A DNA stretch of 64,000 nucleotides from Thermoplasmata archaeon. Its GTDB lineage: Archaea > Thermoplasmatota > Thermoplasmata > Lutacidiplasmatales > UBA184. The translations under genes and the position numbers were made by a program. The notes beneath the pieces were generated by a model. That model did not search any database, was not told the DNA's origin, and saw nothing but the letters and a program-made list of their open reading frames with translations. Position 1 is the stretch's first letter; every line of letters starts with the position of its first letter. The stretch spans positions 2,754 through 66,753 of the forward strand of contig JAKIVT010000002.1 in assembly GCA_022750415.1 (NCBI GenBank), given 5' to 3'. Of this stretch, positions 17,651 to 28,250 are shown piece after piece.

Positions 17651-19792
17651 ATGACCGGCCACGGTCCGCCCGCCTTCGACGAACTGTTCCGGCCGTCGTC
17701 CGTTGCGGTCATCGGGGCCTCGAACCGGCCCGGGGCGGTGGGGTCGAGCCTGTTCCGGAACATCCTCCGCTCGGGGTTCACGGGCGTGGCCTACCCCGTC
17801 AACCCGGCCTGGCGGAGCGTGTCCGGAGTCCGGTGCTACGCGGGGGTCTCGGATCTGCCGGAAGCACCGGACCTCGCGGTCGTGGTGGTGCCGGCCCCCG
17901 CCGTCGGGCGGGTCGTCGAAGAGCTGGGCGAACGGGGGACCCGCGGCGTCGTCGTCATCTCCGCGGGGTTTCGGGAGGTGGGACCGCCGGGAACCGACCT
18001 CGAGGTGAAATTGGTGAGGACCGCCGGCCGGTTCGGCATGTCGCTCGTCGGCCCGAACTGCTTCGGCATCATCAACACGGACCCGCAAGTCAGCCTGAAC
18101 GCGACCTTCAGCGAGGGGCTTCCGCCCGCGGGGAACATCGGCTTCGTCTCGCAGAGCGGGGCGCTCTGCGCCGGCATTTTGGCGTACGGGGCGGCGGAGC
18201 GGATCGGGTTCTCCCGGTTCGTGTCCGTCGGCAACCGGGCCGGCGTCGACGAATGCGACCTCCTGCAGGCGCTGGCGGTCGACCCCGCCACCCGGGTCAT
18301 CCTGCTGTATGTCGAGAGCCTGTCGAACGGACGGCGATTCCTCGACGCCGCCCGGGAGGTCACGGCCAAGAAGCCGGTCCTCGTCATCAAGAGCGGGCGG
18401 ACCCCGGCCGGGGAACGAGCGGCCCGCAGCCACACCGGATCGCTCGCCCGGTCCGGGCGGGACCGCTTGTTTGACGCGTTGTTCGAGCAGGCTGGCGTCC
18501 TGCGCCTCGACACCCTCGGGGAGCTGTTCCGGGCCGCCAAGATCTTCGGTTCCGGGATCTCCCTCGACGGCCCGCGCCTCGCGATCCTGACGAACTCCGG
18601 GGGGCCGGGGATCGTCGCCGCCGACGCCGCCGTCCGCTACGGACTCCAGTTGCCGGGGTTGGGCGCCGCATCGCAGGGCGAGTTGCGGCGACGGCTCCCG
18701 GCGATCGCCGCCGTCTCCAATCCGGTCGACATGACCGCGGGAATCCGGCCCGAGCAGTACCGAGACGCCCTCCAGATCCTCGTGCGGGACGCCGAGGTCG
18801 ACTGCGCCCTCGTCATCGCGACCCCCACGGGAACGGCGACCGGGGAAGCGGTCGCCCGCGCCATCCTCGAGGGCCGGGGGACGTCGGCGAAGGGCGTCGT
18901 CGCTTGCCTCTTCGGGCTGACCGACCTCTCGAGGGAGATGGGACTCCTGGAGGCGAGTGGAGTCCCCGCGTTCACGTTTCCGGAAGAGGCCATCCAGGGG
19001 CTCGCTCTCCTCGCCCGCTACCACGCCTGGCGGACGCGACCGGTCACGGCGGTCCGGGCGTTTCCGGTCGACCGCGAGCGGGTGAAGGCGACCCTCGCCG
19101 AAGCCGCCGCCACGGGCTCCACCCTGCTGCGCGAGTCGGCCGCCCGCGCTCTCCTCTCGGCGTACGGCATCTCGTTCCCGAAATCGGTGCGGGCGGGGAC
19201 CGTCGCGGACGCGGTCCGGGCGGCGGACGACCTCGGCTACCCCGTCGTCTTGAAGGTCGCCTCCCCCGATATTTCCCACAAGACCGAGGTCGGAGGAGTG
19301 GCCGTCGGTCTCGAGGACGCCGACCAGCTTCGGGCGGCGTGGGGGCGCATGGAGCAGGCCGTCGCCCGGACCGCCCCGAAGGCCCGCCTCGAGGGGTTCG
19401 ACGTGGAGGCCCAGGTGACGGGGGGCAAGGAAGTCCTGGTCGGGATCCAGCGCGACCCCGAGTTTGGGCCGCTCGTCGCGTTCGGGCTCGGCGGAATCTA
19501 CGTCGAGGTGTTCCAGGACGTCACCTTCCGGCTGGCCCCGATGCGCTCCCGCTCCGCCCGGCGGATGATCGAGACGATCCGGGCGTTCCCAATCCTCACC
19601 GGGGTTCGGGGGGAGAAGCCGAGCGACCTCGAGGCGCTCGAGGAGGCGATCGAGAGGGTCTCCCAGCTCGCCCTCGAAGTTCCGGAAGTCGCCGAACTCG
19701 ACCTCAACCCTCTGATCGTCCGACCGGCGGGGGAGGGAGTCGTGGCGGTGGATGCGCGCGTGATCCTCGGTCCCCCGGAACGTCCCCGGTAA
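17651..19792 (+). CDS. acd: ADP-forming acetyl-CoA synthetase / NDP-forming acyl-CoA synthetase, fused alpha-beta
   Basis: N-terminal CoA-binding Rossmann domain (SVAVIGASNRPGAVGS), succinyl-CoA synthetase-like flavodoxin domain and C-terminal ATP-grasp domain (GYPVVLKVASPDISHKTEVGGV). Confidence 0.85.
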   Translation: MTGHGPPAFDELFRPSSVAVIGASNRPGAVGSSLFRNILRSGFTGVAYPVNPAWRSVSGVRCYAGVSDLPEAPDLAVVVVPAPAVGRVVEELGERGTRGVVVISAGFREVGPPGTDLEVKLVRTAGRFGMSLVGPNCFGIINTDPQVSLNATFSEGLPPAGNIGFVSQSGALCAGILAYGAAERIGFSRFVSVGNRAGVDECDLLQALAVDPATRVILLYVESLSNGRRFLDAAREVTAKKPVLVIKSGRTPAGERAARSHTGSLARSGRDRLFDALFEQAGVLRLDTLGELFRAAKIFGSGISLDGPRLAILTNSGGPGIVAADAAVRYGLQLPGLGAASQGELRRRLPAIAAVSNPVDMTAGIRPEQYRDALQILVRDAEVDCALVIATPTGTATGEAVARAILEGRGTSAKGVVACLFGLTDLSREMGLLEASGVPAFTFPEEAIQGLALLARYHAWRTRPVTAVRAFPVDRERVKATLAEAAATGSTLLRESAARALLSAYGISFPKSVRAGTVADAVRAADDLGYPVVLKVASPDISHKTEVGGVAVGLEDADQLRAAWGRMEQAVARTAPKARLEGFDVEAQVTGGKEVLVGIQRDPEFGPLVAFGLGGIYVEVFQDVTFRLAPMRSRSARRMIETIRAFPILTGVRGEKPSDLEALEEAIERVSQLALEVPEVAELDLNPLIVRPAGEGVVAVDARVILGPPERPR

Positions 19793-19882
19793 CGAGGGAA
19801 CGGGCACCGAGGGGGCGGGGCGCCGCCGGCCGTGCACGCGGGGTTTAAACGGGACTTCTTCCTCCCGGCCCCCGGTAAGACC

Positions 19883-20677
19883 ATGGGCCAATCGAAGCAC
19901 CGGCTGCTAACGGCATTCGTCGTGATCGCGTTCGTTGCGAGCGGACTCTCGGCCCTCGCCGTCGGAGGTGCCCCGGCCGCCCCGGCGGGGCGGAGTCCGA
20001 TCCTCCACTCGCCGTTCTTCGGTACCACCACCTCCACCTCCCACAACTGGGCCGGCTACGCCATCAAAACGAAGAACGGGGCCGTTACCGACGTGAAGGG
20101 CAGCTGGAACGTCCCGCAGATCGCGGCCGCGTGCCCGAGCGCCGCGCGCTACTCCGCGTTCTGGGTCGGGATCGACGGCGACGGGTCGTCGACCGTAGAA
20201 CAGACCGGCACGGCGACGTACTGTTCCGGGGGGTCGCCGGTGTACTTCGCTTGGTACGAGATGTACCCCGGCCCGTACCACACCCTGTCGATGACGATCT
20301 CGCCGACCGACGTCATGCATGCCGAAGTCAAGTACTCCACGACGACCCACAAGTTCACGCTGTCCATGCGGGACTCGTCGACGGGGCACTCGTTCTCGAC
20401 CATCCAGAGCCTGAGTGGAGCGAAGCGGTCGTCGGCGGAGTGGATCGCGGAGGCCCCGACCGGTGGGTCGGGCGTCCTCCCGCTCACGAACTTCGGCTGG
20501 GTGACGTTCAACAACGCCTCCGCGACCATCTCGGGACACACCCACTCCATCAGCGGATTCTCGAACATCGAGATCACGATGTGGAACCTCGCGAACACGA
20601 AGAAGATGGCCGTACCAAACTCGCTCTCGAACGCCGGTAAGACGTTCAAAGTGACCTGGAAGAACAGCGGTCCCTGA
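19883..20677 (+). CDS. peptidase G1 (eqolisin / A4 scytalidoglutamic peptidase) family protein, secreted or membrane-anchored
   Basis: NWAGYAI, SAFWVGIDG, TVEQTGT, YFAWYEMYP and AEWIAEAP motifs characteristic of the G1 fold, including the Gln/Glu catalytic regions; N-terminal hydrophobic anchor; TTTAAA TATA-like ~35 nt upstream. Confidence 0.7.
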   Translation: MGQSKHRLLTAFVVIAFVASGLSALAVGGAPAAPAGRSPILHSPFFGTTTSTSHNWAGYAIKTKNGAVTDVKGSWNVPQIAAACPSAARYSAFWVGIDGDGSSTVEQTGTATYCSGGSPVYFAWYEMYPGPYHTLSMTISPTDVMHAEVKYSTTTHKFTLSMRDSSTGHSFSTIQSLSGAKRSSAEWIAEAPTGGSGVLPLTNFGWVTFNNASATISGHTHSISGFSNIEITMWNLANTKKMAVPNSLSNAGKTFKVTWKNSGP

Positions 20678-20944
20678 GCTCGACAGGGCGGGCAACCCCT
20701 TCCGCGGGCGGCGTCGACCGCAACCCGCTCCGCTCCGCCGCACGTCGAAGGAAGCCGGAAAGCGAGAGGGCGTGGACTTCGCCTCCGAGATTCTCCGGAG
20801 CAGGTCGCCGGAAGAGCGGATGGAGCTCGGCGATCGCGGTGGACGTGGGCCCAACCGGCGGCGCCAAGGAGAACCTTTCTCCCGGCCGACGAGGAGACCG
20901 ATCCGGTCTGCGCAGAGCGCGAGCCCGTGGGGTGAGATGGAGGA

Positions 20945-23047
20945 TCACGCCGGCCGGCGCGGGCGACTTCGCCACACCAGGACCGCGGTTCCGAGGACGC
21001 CCACCACGGCCAGACCGGCGATGGCCGGCCAAAACCACGCCGGGGGGACGGCGACGTGGGAACTCGAGGAGCCCCCGGCCGGCGGTGCCGGCCCGACCGT
21101 GACGGTCGTGCTCGCGTGAGCGGACCCGCCGACCGAATCGTTCGCCCACGCCTCGATCGTATAGGTTCCGGCCGACCCGAATGTGTGGCGGGCGTACGGG
21201 GCGGCGCTCGCGCCGCCGTCGGAGAACCGCCAGCTGAAGTGGAACGGCGCGGTGCCGCCGGTGACGTTCGCGTAGGCGGTGCCTGGCGCCCCGGCGACGA
21301 GGGCGGAGGCGCCGACCCCGAGGGTCGGTAGTGCCTGCACCGCGACATCGAACGACGCCCGAGCCGTTCCGCCGAGGGCGTCAGAAACCGTCCAGTTCCC
21401 GGCGTACGACCCCGCCGTCGCGTAGGTGTGGCTGGAGTTCCGACCCGAGGCGGTCATGCCGTCCCCGAAGTCCCACGAGTAGGCGTACGGCCCGGTTCCC
21501 CCGCCGACCGTCCCTCCCAGGAGGGCGATGGCGACCCCGGCGTCTCCCGCCCAGGGGCCCAGGCGGGGCGCGGCGGCGGGTCCCGAGCGGACGACCACCG
21601 CCCCCGTCGCGCCCCCCATCGCCCGCGCGCCCGCGGCGTCGGTGACGTTCGTCCACGGAGTGTACGACCCGCTCGCTCCGTACGCGTGCGAGAGCTGGAA
21701 GGCGCCGGTCGCCACCACGACCTCCTCCTGGGAGCCGTCCCCGAAACCCACAACGGCGGAGTACGGAGCGGTGCCGCCCGATACCGTTCCTCGGACGGCC
21801 ACCGGGACCGACGTCTCCGCGGACGAGGGGGTGGCGAGCGGCGAAACCGTGGGCGGGGTCTCGAGGACCCACGTGTCCGCGAGGGCGCCGTTCCCGAAGA
21901 ACATCGTCGAGCCGCCGAACACAAGCGGCGGGAACCCGCCGCTGTCCCCGGCCATCGCGCCGACCCACCGCGCGGGGGGCGCCGTCCCCACATCGGAGGT
22001 GACGTTCGTCCAGGTTCCGTGCGCGAACGTCCACGTGTCGTTGAGGGCGCCGACCGCTCCCCACCCCCCAAACAGCACGAGCTCGGAAAGGGCGGCGTCG
22101 TAGCTCATCGCCCCGTCGTACCGGTACGGAGGAGCCGGGCCGGTGCCGGCGACCTGCCACCATTGTCCGGAGTACAGCTCCCACGTCTCGTTCGGCGAGC
22201 CACACCCGAAGCCGCAGCCGAAGACGACGACCGCGGACTCCGCCGGATCGAAGGCCATCTGGGTCCGGCCGGTCGGTGGTGGGGCGGCCGAAGGGGAGAG
22301 CGACACCCAGCCCGCTCCGCCCTCGAACACCCACGTGTCGTTGACGTAGCCGACGCCGCCGACGTTCCCGCCGAGCAGGACCGAGCCGTTCTCCTCGGGC
22401 TCCGGGTCGAACGCGAGGCTCGCGAACGCGCGCGGGGAGGGCGCCGCCGCGCTCCATCCCGAGAGGTTGGTCCAGGCGCCGTCGTGGAAGAGCCACGTGT
22501 CGTTCAGGTCGTTCCCCGAAGCTCCGACCCCGCCGAACAGGAGAATCCCTTGGAGGTTGGCGTCGTAGTCCATCGCTCCGCCGTACCGGGCAGGCGGGGA
22601 ATCCGAGGGGTTCGTCGCGTTGATCCACGTGGCATTCGCGAACACCCAAGTTAGGCCGTCGGGGCACCCGGCGCTGATGCATCCGCCGAAGTAGACGGAC
22701 TCCTTCGCGACGGGGTCGTACGCGAGCGTGCCGAGGGTGCTCGCGGGAGGGTGGGACGCGTTCGGGCCGCCGGTAACATTGATCCAATGCGGGAGTCCGG
22801 GGCCGGCGGAGCGTTCCGACCCGCCCGAGGGGAGAGGAGCGGCGGGTGGGGGGCCGGCTCCCGGACCTCCGACCATTGCGGGGACGGGAGCCGACGTTGA
22901 CCCGGTCGAGAGGGAGTGCATTTTCAGGGCTTGGGACGCCGGTGCCGACGGGACGAGGACGACGATCGCAAGGAGGAGGACCGGGACCCAGGCCCGGCCG
23001 CGCGGGCGCCGTCGGACGACGGAACGGACGGGCCAGGTCCGGGCCAC
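20945..23047 (-). CDS. cell-surface glycoprotein: Kelch-repeat beta-propeller + PKD/Ig-like domains + C-terminal TM anchor
   Basis: Signal peptide RRRPRGRAWVPVLLLAIVVLVPSAPASQA; repeated ...LFGG...NDTW... Kelch blades; PKD-like segments (GGTAPYSAVVGFGDGS, GTGPYAYSWDFGDG); many N-x-S/T sequons; C-terminal hydrophobic helix followed by RSRPRRPA. Confidence 0.65.
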   Translation of the reverse strand: MARTWPVRSVVRRRPRGRAWVPVLLLAIVVLVPSAPASQALKMHSLSTGSTSAPVPAMVGGPGAGPPPAAPLPSGGSERSAGPGLPHWINVTGGPNASHPPASTLGTLAYDPVAKESVYFGGCISAGCPDGLTWVFANATWINATNPSDSPPARYGGAMDYDANLQGILLFGGVGASGNDLNDTWLFHDGAWTNLSGWSAAAPSPRAFASLAFDPEPEENGSVLLGGNVGGVGYVNDTWVFEGGAGWVSLSPSAAPPPTGRTQMAFDPAESAVVVFGCGFGCGSPNETWELYSGQWWQVAGTGPAPPYRYDGAMSYDAALSELVLFGGWGAVGALNDTWTFAHGTWTNVTSDVGTAPPARWVGAMAGDSGGFPPLVFGGSTMFFGNGALADTWVLETPPTVSPLATPSSAETSVPVAVRGTVSGGTAPYSAVVGFGDGSQEEVVVATGAFQLSHAYGASGSYTPWTNVTDAAGARAMGGATGAVVVRSGPAAAPRLGPWAGDAGVAIALLGGTVGGGTGPYAYSWDFGDGMTASGRNSSHTYATAGSYAGNWTVSDALGGTARASFDVAVQALPTLGVGASALVAGAPGTAYANVTGGTAPFHFSWRFSDGGASAAPYARHTFGSAGTYTIEAWANDSVGGSAHASTTVTVGPAPPAGGSSSSHVAVPPAWFWPAIAGLAVVGVLGTAVLVWRSRPRRPA

Positions 23048-23052
23048 TGGCG

Positions 23053-26000
23053 TCACCCCGTCCCGGGCGGAGGGGAAGTCGGCGAATCCTGGCGGACGGG
23101 GCCTTCCGGAGCCGGTCCCGCGGACGTCGGTGGAGGCCCACGGCGGCGCGTGACGACGACGACGACCGCGAGCAGCGCGACGACGCCCGCGGCGGCGAGC
23201 GCGAGCACCAGGAGGTAGTTGGTGCCCCCAGCGGCCGTCGACCGGGTCGGAGCGCTCGTCCCGGGCGCGGCGGAAATCGCGGGAAGGAGCGAGCCCACCT
23301 CCGCGAACTCGAGAGCGACGACCGGTTGCGCCGAGGTGGTGGAGTTGGCCACGAGGGAGTAGACCAGGATCGACGCTCCGTCCTGCGTGAGGCCGAAGCT
23401 GGTCACGTTCTCCAACGGGATCTCGGTCAGGTTCGCCACGGTGGACCCGGTGACCGTCCATCCAAAGATACCGGCGTGTCCGTTCCCGAAGACGTCGTAC
23501 CGACCGTCGCCAAAGACGGCGTGGAGGGTCGTCGCATCCGGACCGGTTCGCCACTGCGCGAGGACCTGGCCCGTGGCGAGGTCGAACAGGATCGTCTCGG
23601 TCGTGTGCTGGCTCCGATAGAGCAGCGCAACGGTCGACGGGGCGTCCGCCACGAATTCGGCGGAGATCAGGTGGGACTTCGCCGGGACCGGCGGAGCGAA
23701 CGCCACGGCTGCACCGGTCGTGAGGTTGAGGATGGAGTAGTTCCCGCCGACGTCGAGCACCACCGCCTCCCCGGCTCCGCCGCTAAGGGAAGCGACCTCC
23801 GAGAGGCCGGTCGCGCTCACGTTCGCGACCGTCCGACCCGTCCCGACGTCGAACTCGACCAGCTGCTCGGTGGTCGTGGGCCCGACGAGGTACGACGGGG
23901 CGACGAGCGCCTCGAGGACTCCCGAACTCCCCGACGCGTCGACGCGGTACGACTGCGCGAACCCGCCGTGGGTCCAGACGTTCACGGGACCCCAGGAGCC
24001 GTTGTCCGGATAGAATCGGGCGCCATGGAGCGCGAGGGAGGTGAGCGCCGCCGGCATCGTGGCTCCGTCCTCGGCGACCGGGAGGGCGGACCAGGCGACG
24101 TACAGGCTGCCGTCCGCGAGGCGGGTGGCCTCGGGGTTCGAGATGAGGAACCCCGGGTCGGTCGGCCGCGGGAGCGCCGCGAGCTGGTTCGTCGAACCGT
24201 TGAGCCCGACTCCGGAGACTTCGAGGCCCTGGGAGACGGGGAGCTGCGGGTTGTCGTCGGTGTAGAACAGGTACGCCCCGTTCGGCCCCGGCGCCGCCGT
24301 GACCTCGGTGTGCGGATAGATGTCCTCGACCGCGTTCCCGCTGGTGGCGGTGGCGTTCCAGACCGTGACGTCGTACCCGGTCGTCGCATAGTACCGGGTC
24401 AAGGGCGCCCACGTCGCATTGGCCCCGGTGTCGTAGCAGGTGACGCACGCCGTCCCGGAACGGGGTTCGGCCGGGGGCGGGTCGGTCCACTGGTAGATGA
24501 CCGCAGGCCCGAGGATGTTCCAGTACGCGGACCACCACAGGAACGTGGCTTGGCCGAAGACCGTCCCGTTGATCCATCCCGCCCCAATGTGGAACGTCGG
24601 CGTGATGTTGAACGCGACCGCGATCGAGAGCGCTCCCCCGATCGCGATCGACGCGATGCCGATTCCGAACGAGACGGCGACGTCCAGCGCGACGGTGAGA
24701 GCCCCCACGAGCTGGCTGACCATGACCGCGAGCCCGGGCAGGATGTCCTTCCCCGGATCGGTCGTCGGAAGCAGCAGGAGCGAGAGGGCGAGCGTCGGCT
24801 TGAGGTCAATCTGGAGCGTGAACCCGACCCTCAACCCCAGGATGTCGAAGCCGTACAACGGGACGCTCACCCCGAGGTCGCCCGCCAATTGGACCGTGGC
24901 GGCGGCGTTCACCCATTGGACGTCCGAGATCCCCTGGCTCGCGTTGAGGACGACGAACTTTCCCGAGAGACCAATCGCGACCGTGAGGTTCAGGGTCGCC
25001 GGCCCGAAGTTGATGTTCGGCAGGCCGAAGGTCAGCATCCCGGCGAGCGAGAGCTGCCCCGCCGAGGTCGCGCCGAAATCGACCTCGATCGACGGGATGA
25101 AGCTGTAGTTCCCGCTGATCATCGGGCTGGGGATGGCAAAGCTCGTCGAGTTCGCCAGGCTCCAGACGTACGATTCCTGGATCGCGTAGCTGTGGTTGTA
25201 CGGGCCGGCCCCGGAGGTGGTAATCGACTGGAGCGCCCCGGAGAACTCGAACAGCGTCACGAGCCACGTCGGGGTCTCGATCATCACCGGCGTGTAGGAC
25301 GCGTTCAGCGTCCAACCGGGCCAGTTGCCGGTGACCACGAGGACGGAGCCCCCCGACACCGTTCCCATGTCGACCGACGCGGTGTCCCACCACAGCGACC
25401 CGCTCGAGCGCTGCTGGATGGAGACCGGGAGTCCGCCCAGCGTCGCGGTGACGCTGACGGCAGGGGTCCCGGCGACGGAGAGGTACGCGCTGAACACGTT
25501 GTGGAACGAGAAGTTCGTGTAGAAATCCGGGGCGTATTGCGAATAGATGATCCCGATCTCCGGGGGCAGGACCGAGAACGTCCAGTTCGCCGAGGCGAAG
25601 TCGCCCGAGACCGGGACCCCGCTCGAAAGCGTCGAGTTGGTCGTGTCGAAGACGAAGAGCGTGATCCGGAAGACGTTGTAGCTCGACGAACTCGGTTGGC
25701 AATCGACCCGCCATATGCCGTCGTACGGCAACGGTCCGTAATCGGTGCCGGAACTCGTGAAGTTCGCGCAGTCGGTCGTGCCCCCGTCCACCAGCCCGGT
25801 CGAGCTTCTCAGCCCGTGGACGACGAACGTGTAGTCGAGCGAACCGCTTCCGCCCGAACCGGCGACCTGGAACGGCACGTTGAACCCGACGTGGGAGGAG
25901 TTCGTGTCGATCCCGGTAGGCCCCGTCAGTCTCGCGTGAACGAGCGCGTAGTATCGGAACGTCGAGTTCAGCGCGGTGGCCCCGTTCGTGCCCCCAACCA

Positions 26001-27453
26001 GGATGAAGTACCCGTCGGTGAGATCGGCCGCCGCGGCGGCATACGACCGGTTCGAGGGGTCCCCGGAGTCGCCGGCGAACGCCCAGTCGAACCCATTCCC
26101 GGGGGGGTTGTTGTAGACGTAGGTGTCGTTGAGGTAGCCGAGCGGCCCGCTGCAGGTGTACGTCAGTTGCGTGTTCGCGACGCCGTACCCGCCGTAGAGG
26201 ACGAACCGTTCATTTTTGGGGCTCCATCCCAGCGACGCCCCGACGCGTCCGCAAGGGGCGGGGTAGCCCGGAGCTTGGACCCCGGGACGGGAGATCCGGT
26301 TCGGGCCCGCGAGGTTGGGGCAGACCCCACCGTAGTTCATGTGGAGCCAGTGGTCGGCGTAGAACCACCACGCCACATCGGGGAGCACGCACGAGCCGGT
26401 CGAGTCGACCAGAACGTTGGCCGCTGTCCCGTTCCAGGCTTCCCCTCCAAACATGAGCAGGTAGCCGCTCGGCGAGTCGGCGATCGCCATGCCCGCGCGG
26501 GCCGACGGATGGGTCGTGCTGACGGAGGCGCTGATGTTCGTCCACGTGCCGTTGAACGTCCAGGTGTCGCCGAGGGTGACGCCGTTCGCGAGGGCGCCGC
26601 CGAAGAGGACGACGTCGTTGTCGAGTGGGTCCCAGGCCACCGCCGCCCCCAACCGTGGCGACGGGGCAGCGCCGGCCGCCGCGGTCAGGTTGCGCCAGAC
26701 GCCGCCCGAGAACAGCCAGGTGTCGTTGTACGCTCGGGTAAACCCGAGGAACGAGATGCCCCCGCCGAACAGAACGACGCCGTCGAGCGTCGCGTCGTAC
26801 GCCAGCATCGCGTCCTCCCGGGCGGACGGACACGTCGACGGCGTGCAGGAAGAGTTCGCGACGAGAAGCGTCCAGTTGTTGTTCGTGAACTCCCAGGTGT
26901 CGTTCTCCCACAACTCGGGGCCGTTCACGGCGCCCCCGAACAGGATCGTTGCGTGGACGGACGGATCGTAGGCCAGGGAGGCCAACGCCCGTCCGCTCGG
27001 ATTCGGTCGGCCGTTGGGCGGGGTGATGTTGGTCCAGGAGGAAGGTGTACCGGAGGCCGACGGCTCAGGGCGCGTCGCGGCGGGACTGCCCAGCGGGGTA
27101 CAAGAACGGAGGACGCCGAGGAGACAGAGCGAGAATCGCGCCGGACCCGAGTCCGAGGCCCGGGCGGAGTCCGGACCCGGCGAGGCCGGTCGGGTGGGCG
27201 CAAGCGGCGACCCGGGCGCCGCCGGCACTCCGGAGACGGTGTGCGCCGCGACCGTCGGGAGACCGCTGAGGAGGAGCAGCAGGACCACCCCAACCGCAAC
27301 CATCGCTGCGGGCCGGGCACCTCGGGCCTTCGGCGGTCGACCGGCGCCGGCGACGGCTCGCCGAATCGGATCGCCTAGGGGGTCCTGTTCCACGTGAACC
27401 TTTCGCGGAGGTCGCCGCGTGGCCCAGAACGGATACCGGTCCATAAATCCCAT
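23053..27453 (-). CDS. very large cell-surface glycoprotein (N-terminal Kelch repeats, long beta-rich body, C-terminal TM anchor + Pro-rich cytoplasmic tail)
   Basis: Hydrophobic signal/anchor MVAVGVVLLLLLSGLPTVAA (start may be at M 27303 or the upstream M 27453); dozens of N-x-S/T sequons; C-terminal LLVLALAAAGVVALLAVVVVV TM helix; the opposite-strand 1510-aa ORF is Arg/Asp-rich junk. Confidence 0.65.
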   Translation of the reverse strand: MGFMDRYPFWATRRPPRKVHVEQDPLGDPIRRAVAGAGRPPKARGARPAAMVAVGVVLLLLLSGLPTVAAHTVSGVPAAPGSPLAPTRPASPGPDSARASDSGPARFSLCLLGVLRSCTPLGSPAATRPEPSASGTPSSWTNITPPNGRPNPSGRALASLAYDPSVHATILFGGAVNGPELWENDTWEFTNNNWTLLVANSSCTPSTCPSAREDAMLAYDATLDGVVLFGGGISFLGFTRAYNDTWLFSGGVWRNLTAAAGAAPSPRLGAAVAWDPLDNDVVLFGGALANGVTLGDTWTFNGTWTNISASVSTTHPSARAGMAIADSPSGYLLMFGGEAWNGTAANVLVDSTGSCVLPDVAWWFYADHWLHMNYGGVCPNLAGPNRISRPGVQAPGYPAPCGRVGASLGWSPKNERFVLYGGYGVANTQLTYTCSGPLGYLNDTYVYNNPPGNGFDWAFAGDSGDPSNRSYAAAAADLTDGYFILVGGTNGATALNSTFRYYALVHARLTGPTGIDTNSSHVGFNVPFQVAGSGGSGSLDYTFVVHGLRSSTGLVDGGTTDCANFTSSGTDYGPLPYDGIWRVDCQPSSSSYNVFRITLFVFDTTNSTLSSGVPVSGDFASANWTFSVLPPEIGIIYSQYAPDFYTNFSFHNVFSAYLSVAGTPAVSVTATLGGLPVSIQQRSSGSLWWDTASVDMGTVSGGSVLVVTGNWPGWTLNASYTPVMIETPTWLVTLFEFSGALQSITTSGAGPYNHSYAIQESYVWSLANSTSFAIPSPMISGNYSFIPSIEVDFGATSAGQLSLAGMLTFGLPNINFGPATLNLTVAIGLSGKFVVLNASQGISDVQWVNAAATVQLAGDLGVSVPLYGFDILGLRVGFTLQIDLKPTLALSLLLLPTTDPGKDILPGLAVMVSQLVGALTVALDVAVSFGIGIASIAIGGALSIAVAFNITPTFHIGAGWINGTVFGQATFLWWSAYWNILGPAVIYQWTDPPPAEPRSGTACVTCYDTGANATWAPLTRYYATTGYDVTVWNATATSGNAVEDIYPHTEVTAAPGPNGAYLFYTDDNPQLPVSQGLEVSGVGLNGSTNQLAALPRPTDPGFLISNPEATRLADGSLYVAWSALPVAEDGATMPAALTSLALHGARFYPDNGSWGPVNVWTHGGFAQSYRVDASGSSGVLEALVAPSYLVGPTTTEQLVEFDVGTGRTVANVSATGLSEVASLSGGAGEAVVLDVGGNYSILNLTTGAAVAFAPPVPAKSHLISAEFVADAPSTVALLYRSQHTTETILFDLATGQVLAQWRTGPDATTLHAVFGDGRYDVFGNGHAGIFGWTVTGSTVANLTEIPLENVTSFGLTQDGASILVYSLVANSTTSAQPVVALEFAEVGSLLPAISAAPGTSAPTRSTAAGGTNYLLVLALAAAGVVALLAVVVVVTRRRGPPPTSAGPAPEGPVRQDSPTSPPPGTG

Positions 27454-27515
27454 GCGCGGGGCGAGGGTCCGAACGCACAGGACGGGATTCGTGGGATCTT
27501 CGGCCCCTCCACGAC

Positions 27516-27902
27516 TCAGTAAGTTTCGACCTTGAGCCCAGGCACCCGGGCGAACCCCCGGTCTCGGGTGAGGAGCCGTTGACCGTGGCGGAGGCTCACC
27601 GCGGCGATGAAAAGGTCGGAGGCACTCATGGGCTCACCCCGCGCGATGAGGTCGGCTTCGATTCGTCCCGCGAGACGGCAGGATTCCCAGTCGAATTCGA
27701 GCCACTGCAGGGATTGGACCAGGTCCTCCGCGGCGCGGAGGGAACTCCCGCCGAATCCGTGAGCCCCAACCATGACCTCGGTGGCGGCCGGGGGCGTGAC
27801 GCAACGGGGTTCCCGGTGCTTCTCGAGCTGTTCGAGCCGGACGACCGCCGCGGGAACCCCGCGAAGCAGATCGATTAGGAACGTCGAGTCGAGACTGGCC
27901 AA
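27516..27902 (-). CDS. vapC: PIN-domain ribonuclease toxin
   Basis: MASLDSTFLIDLL...ASDLFIAAVSLRHGQRLLTRDRGF carries the conserved acidic PIN residues. Confidence 0.75.
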   Translation of the reverse strand: MASLDSTFLIDLLRGVPAAVVRLEQLEKHREPRCVTPPAATEVMVGAHGFGGSSLRAAEDLVQSLQWLEFDWESCRLAGRIEADLIARGEPMSASDLFIAAVSLRHGQRLLTRDRGFARVPGLKVETY

Positions 27903-27906
27903 GGGG

Positions 27907-28155
27907 TCACTTCCCCCGCCGACGTCCGAGTCGGATCATCTCGGTCTGCGAGGCGCGGTCGCTGTGTTCCATCCACGCCTCAAACCGAGCCAGCTTGTCC
28001 GCGGGAACGTCCTCCCAAGCGCCGACGAACTCCTGGAGGGAGCGTTCGGTCCAGGTCAGTCGCCGGACAACCTCGCTGAAGCTTTCCCCCTCCCGCTTGC
28101 GGGCCGCGAGGGCGAGGTACGCATCTTCCGACAGCGTCACCGTCTTCACGGACAT
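27907..28155 (-). CDS. vapB: antitoxin for the PIN toxin
   Basis: 82 aa, MSVKTVTLSEDAYLALAARKRE... typical of archaeal VapB; 4-nt gap to vapC. Confidence 0.6.
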   Translation of the reverse strand: MSVKTVTLSEDAYLALAARKREGESFSEVVRRLTWTERSLQEFVGAWEDVPADKLARFEAWMEHSDRASQTEMIRLGRRRGK

Positions 28156-28161
28156 GAGCGT

Positions 28162-28186
28162 GTTTATGTCAACATGTTAGATAAAC
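28162..28186 (+). promoter_or_regulatory. imperfect palindrome GTTTATGTCAACATGTTAGATAAAC immediately upstream of vapB (operator / TATA region)
   Basis: Outer arms GTTTAT/ATAAAC and central AACATGTT are self-complementary; AT-rich; 7-31 nt before the vapB start. Confidence 0.45.
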
Positions 28187-28250
28187 GTGTGGGGAGCTGG
28201 AACCTCGGATTTCCCGCCGGGACGCTCCTTGCCCGACCCCGGCCGGGCGG

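Noticed and set aside
16880-19900. 1006-aa minus-strand ORF, the longest in this region
   Set aside because: Antisense to the clearly recognisable ADP-forming acetyl-CoA synthetase; its translation is Arg/Asp/Gly-rich with no motifs.
22846-27378. 1510-aa plus-strand ORF
   Set aside because: Antisense to the 23053-27453 surface glycoprotein, which has a signal peptide, Kelch repeats and a TM anchor; the plus-strand translation is charged low-complexity junk.
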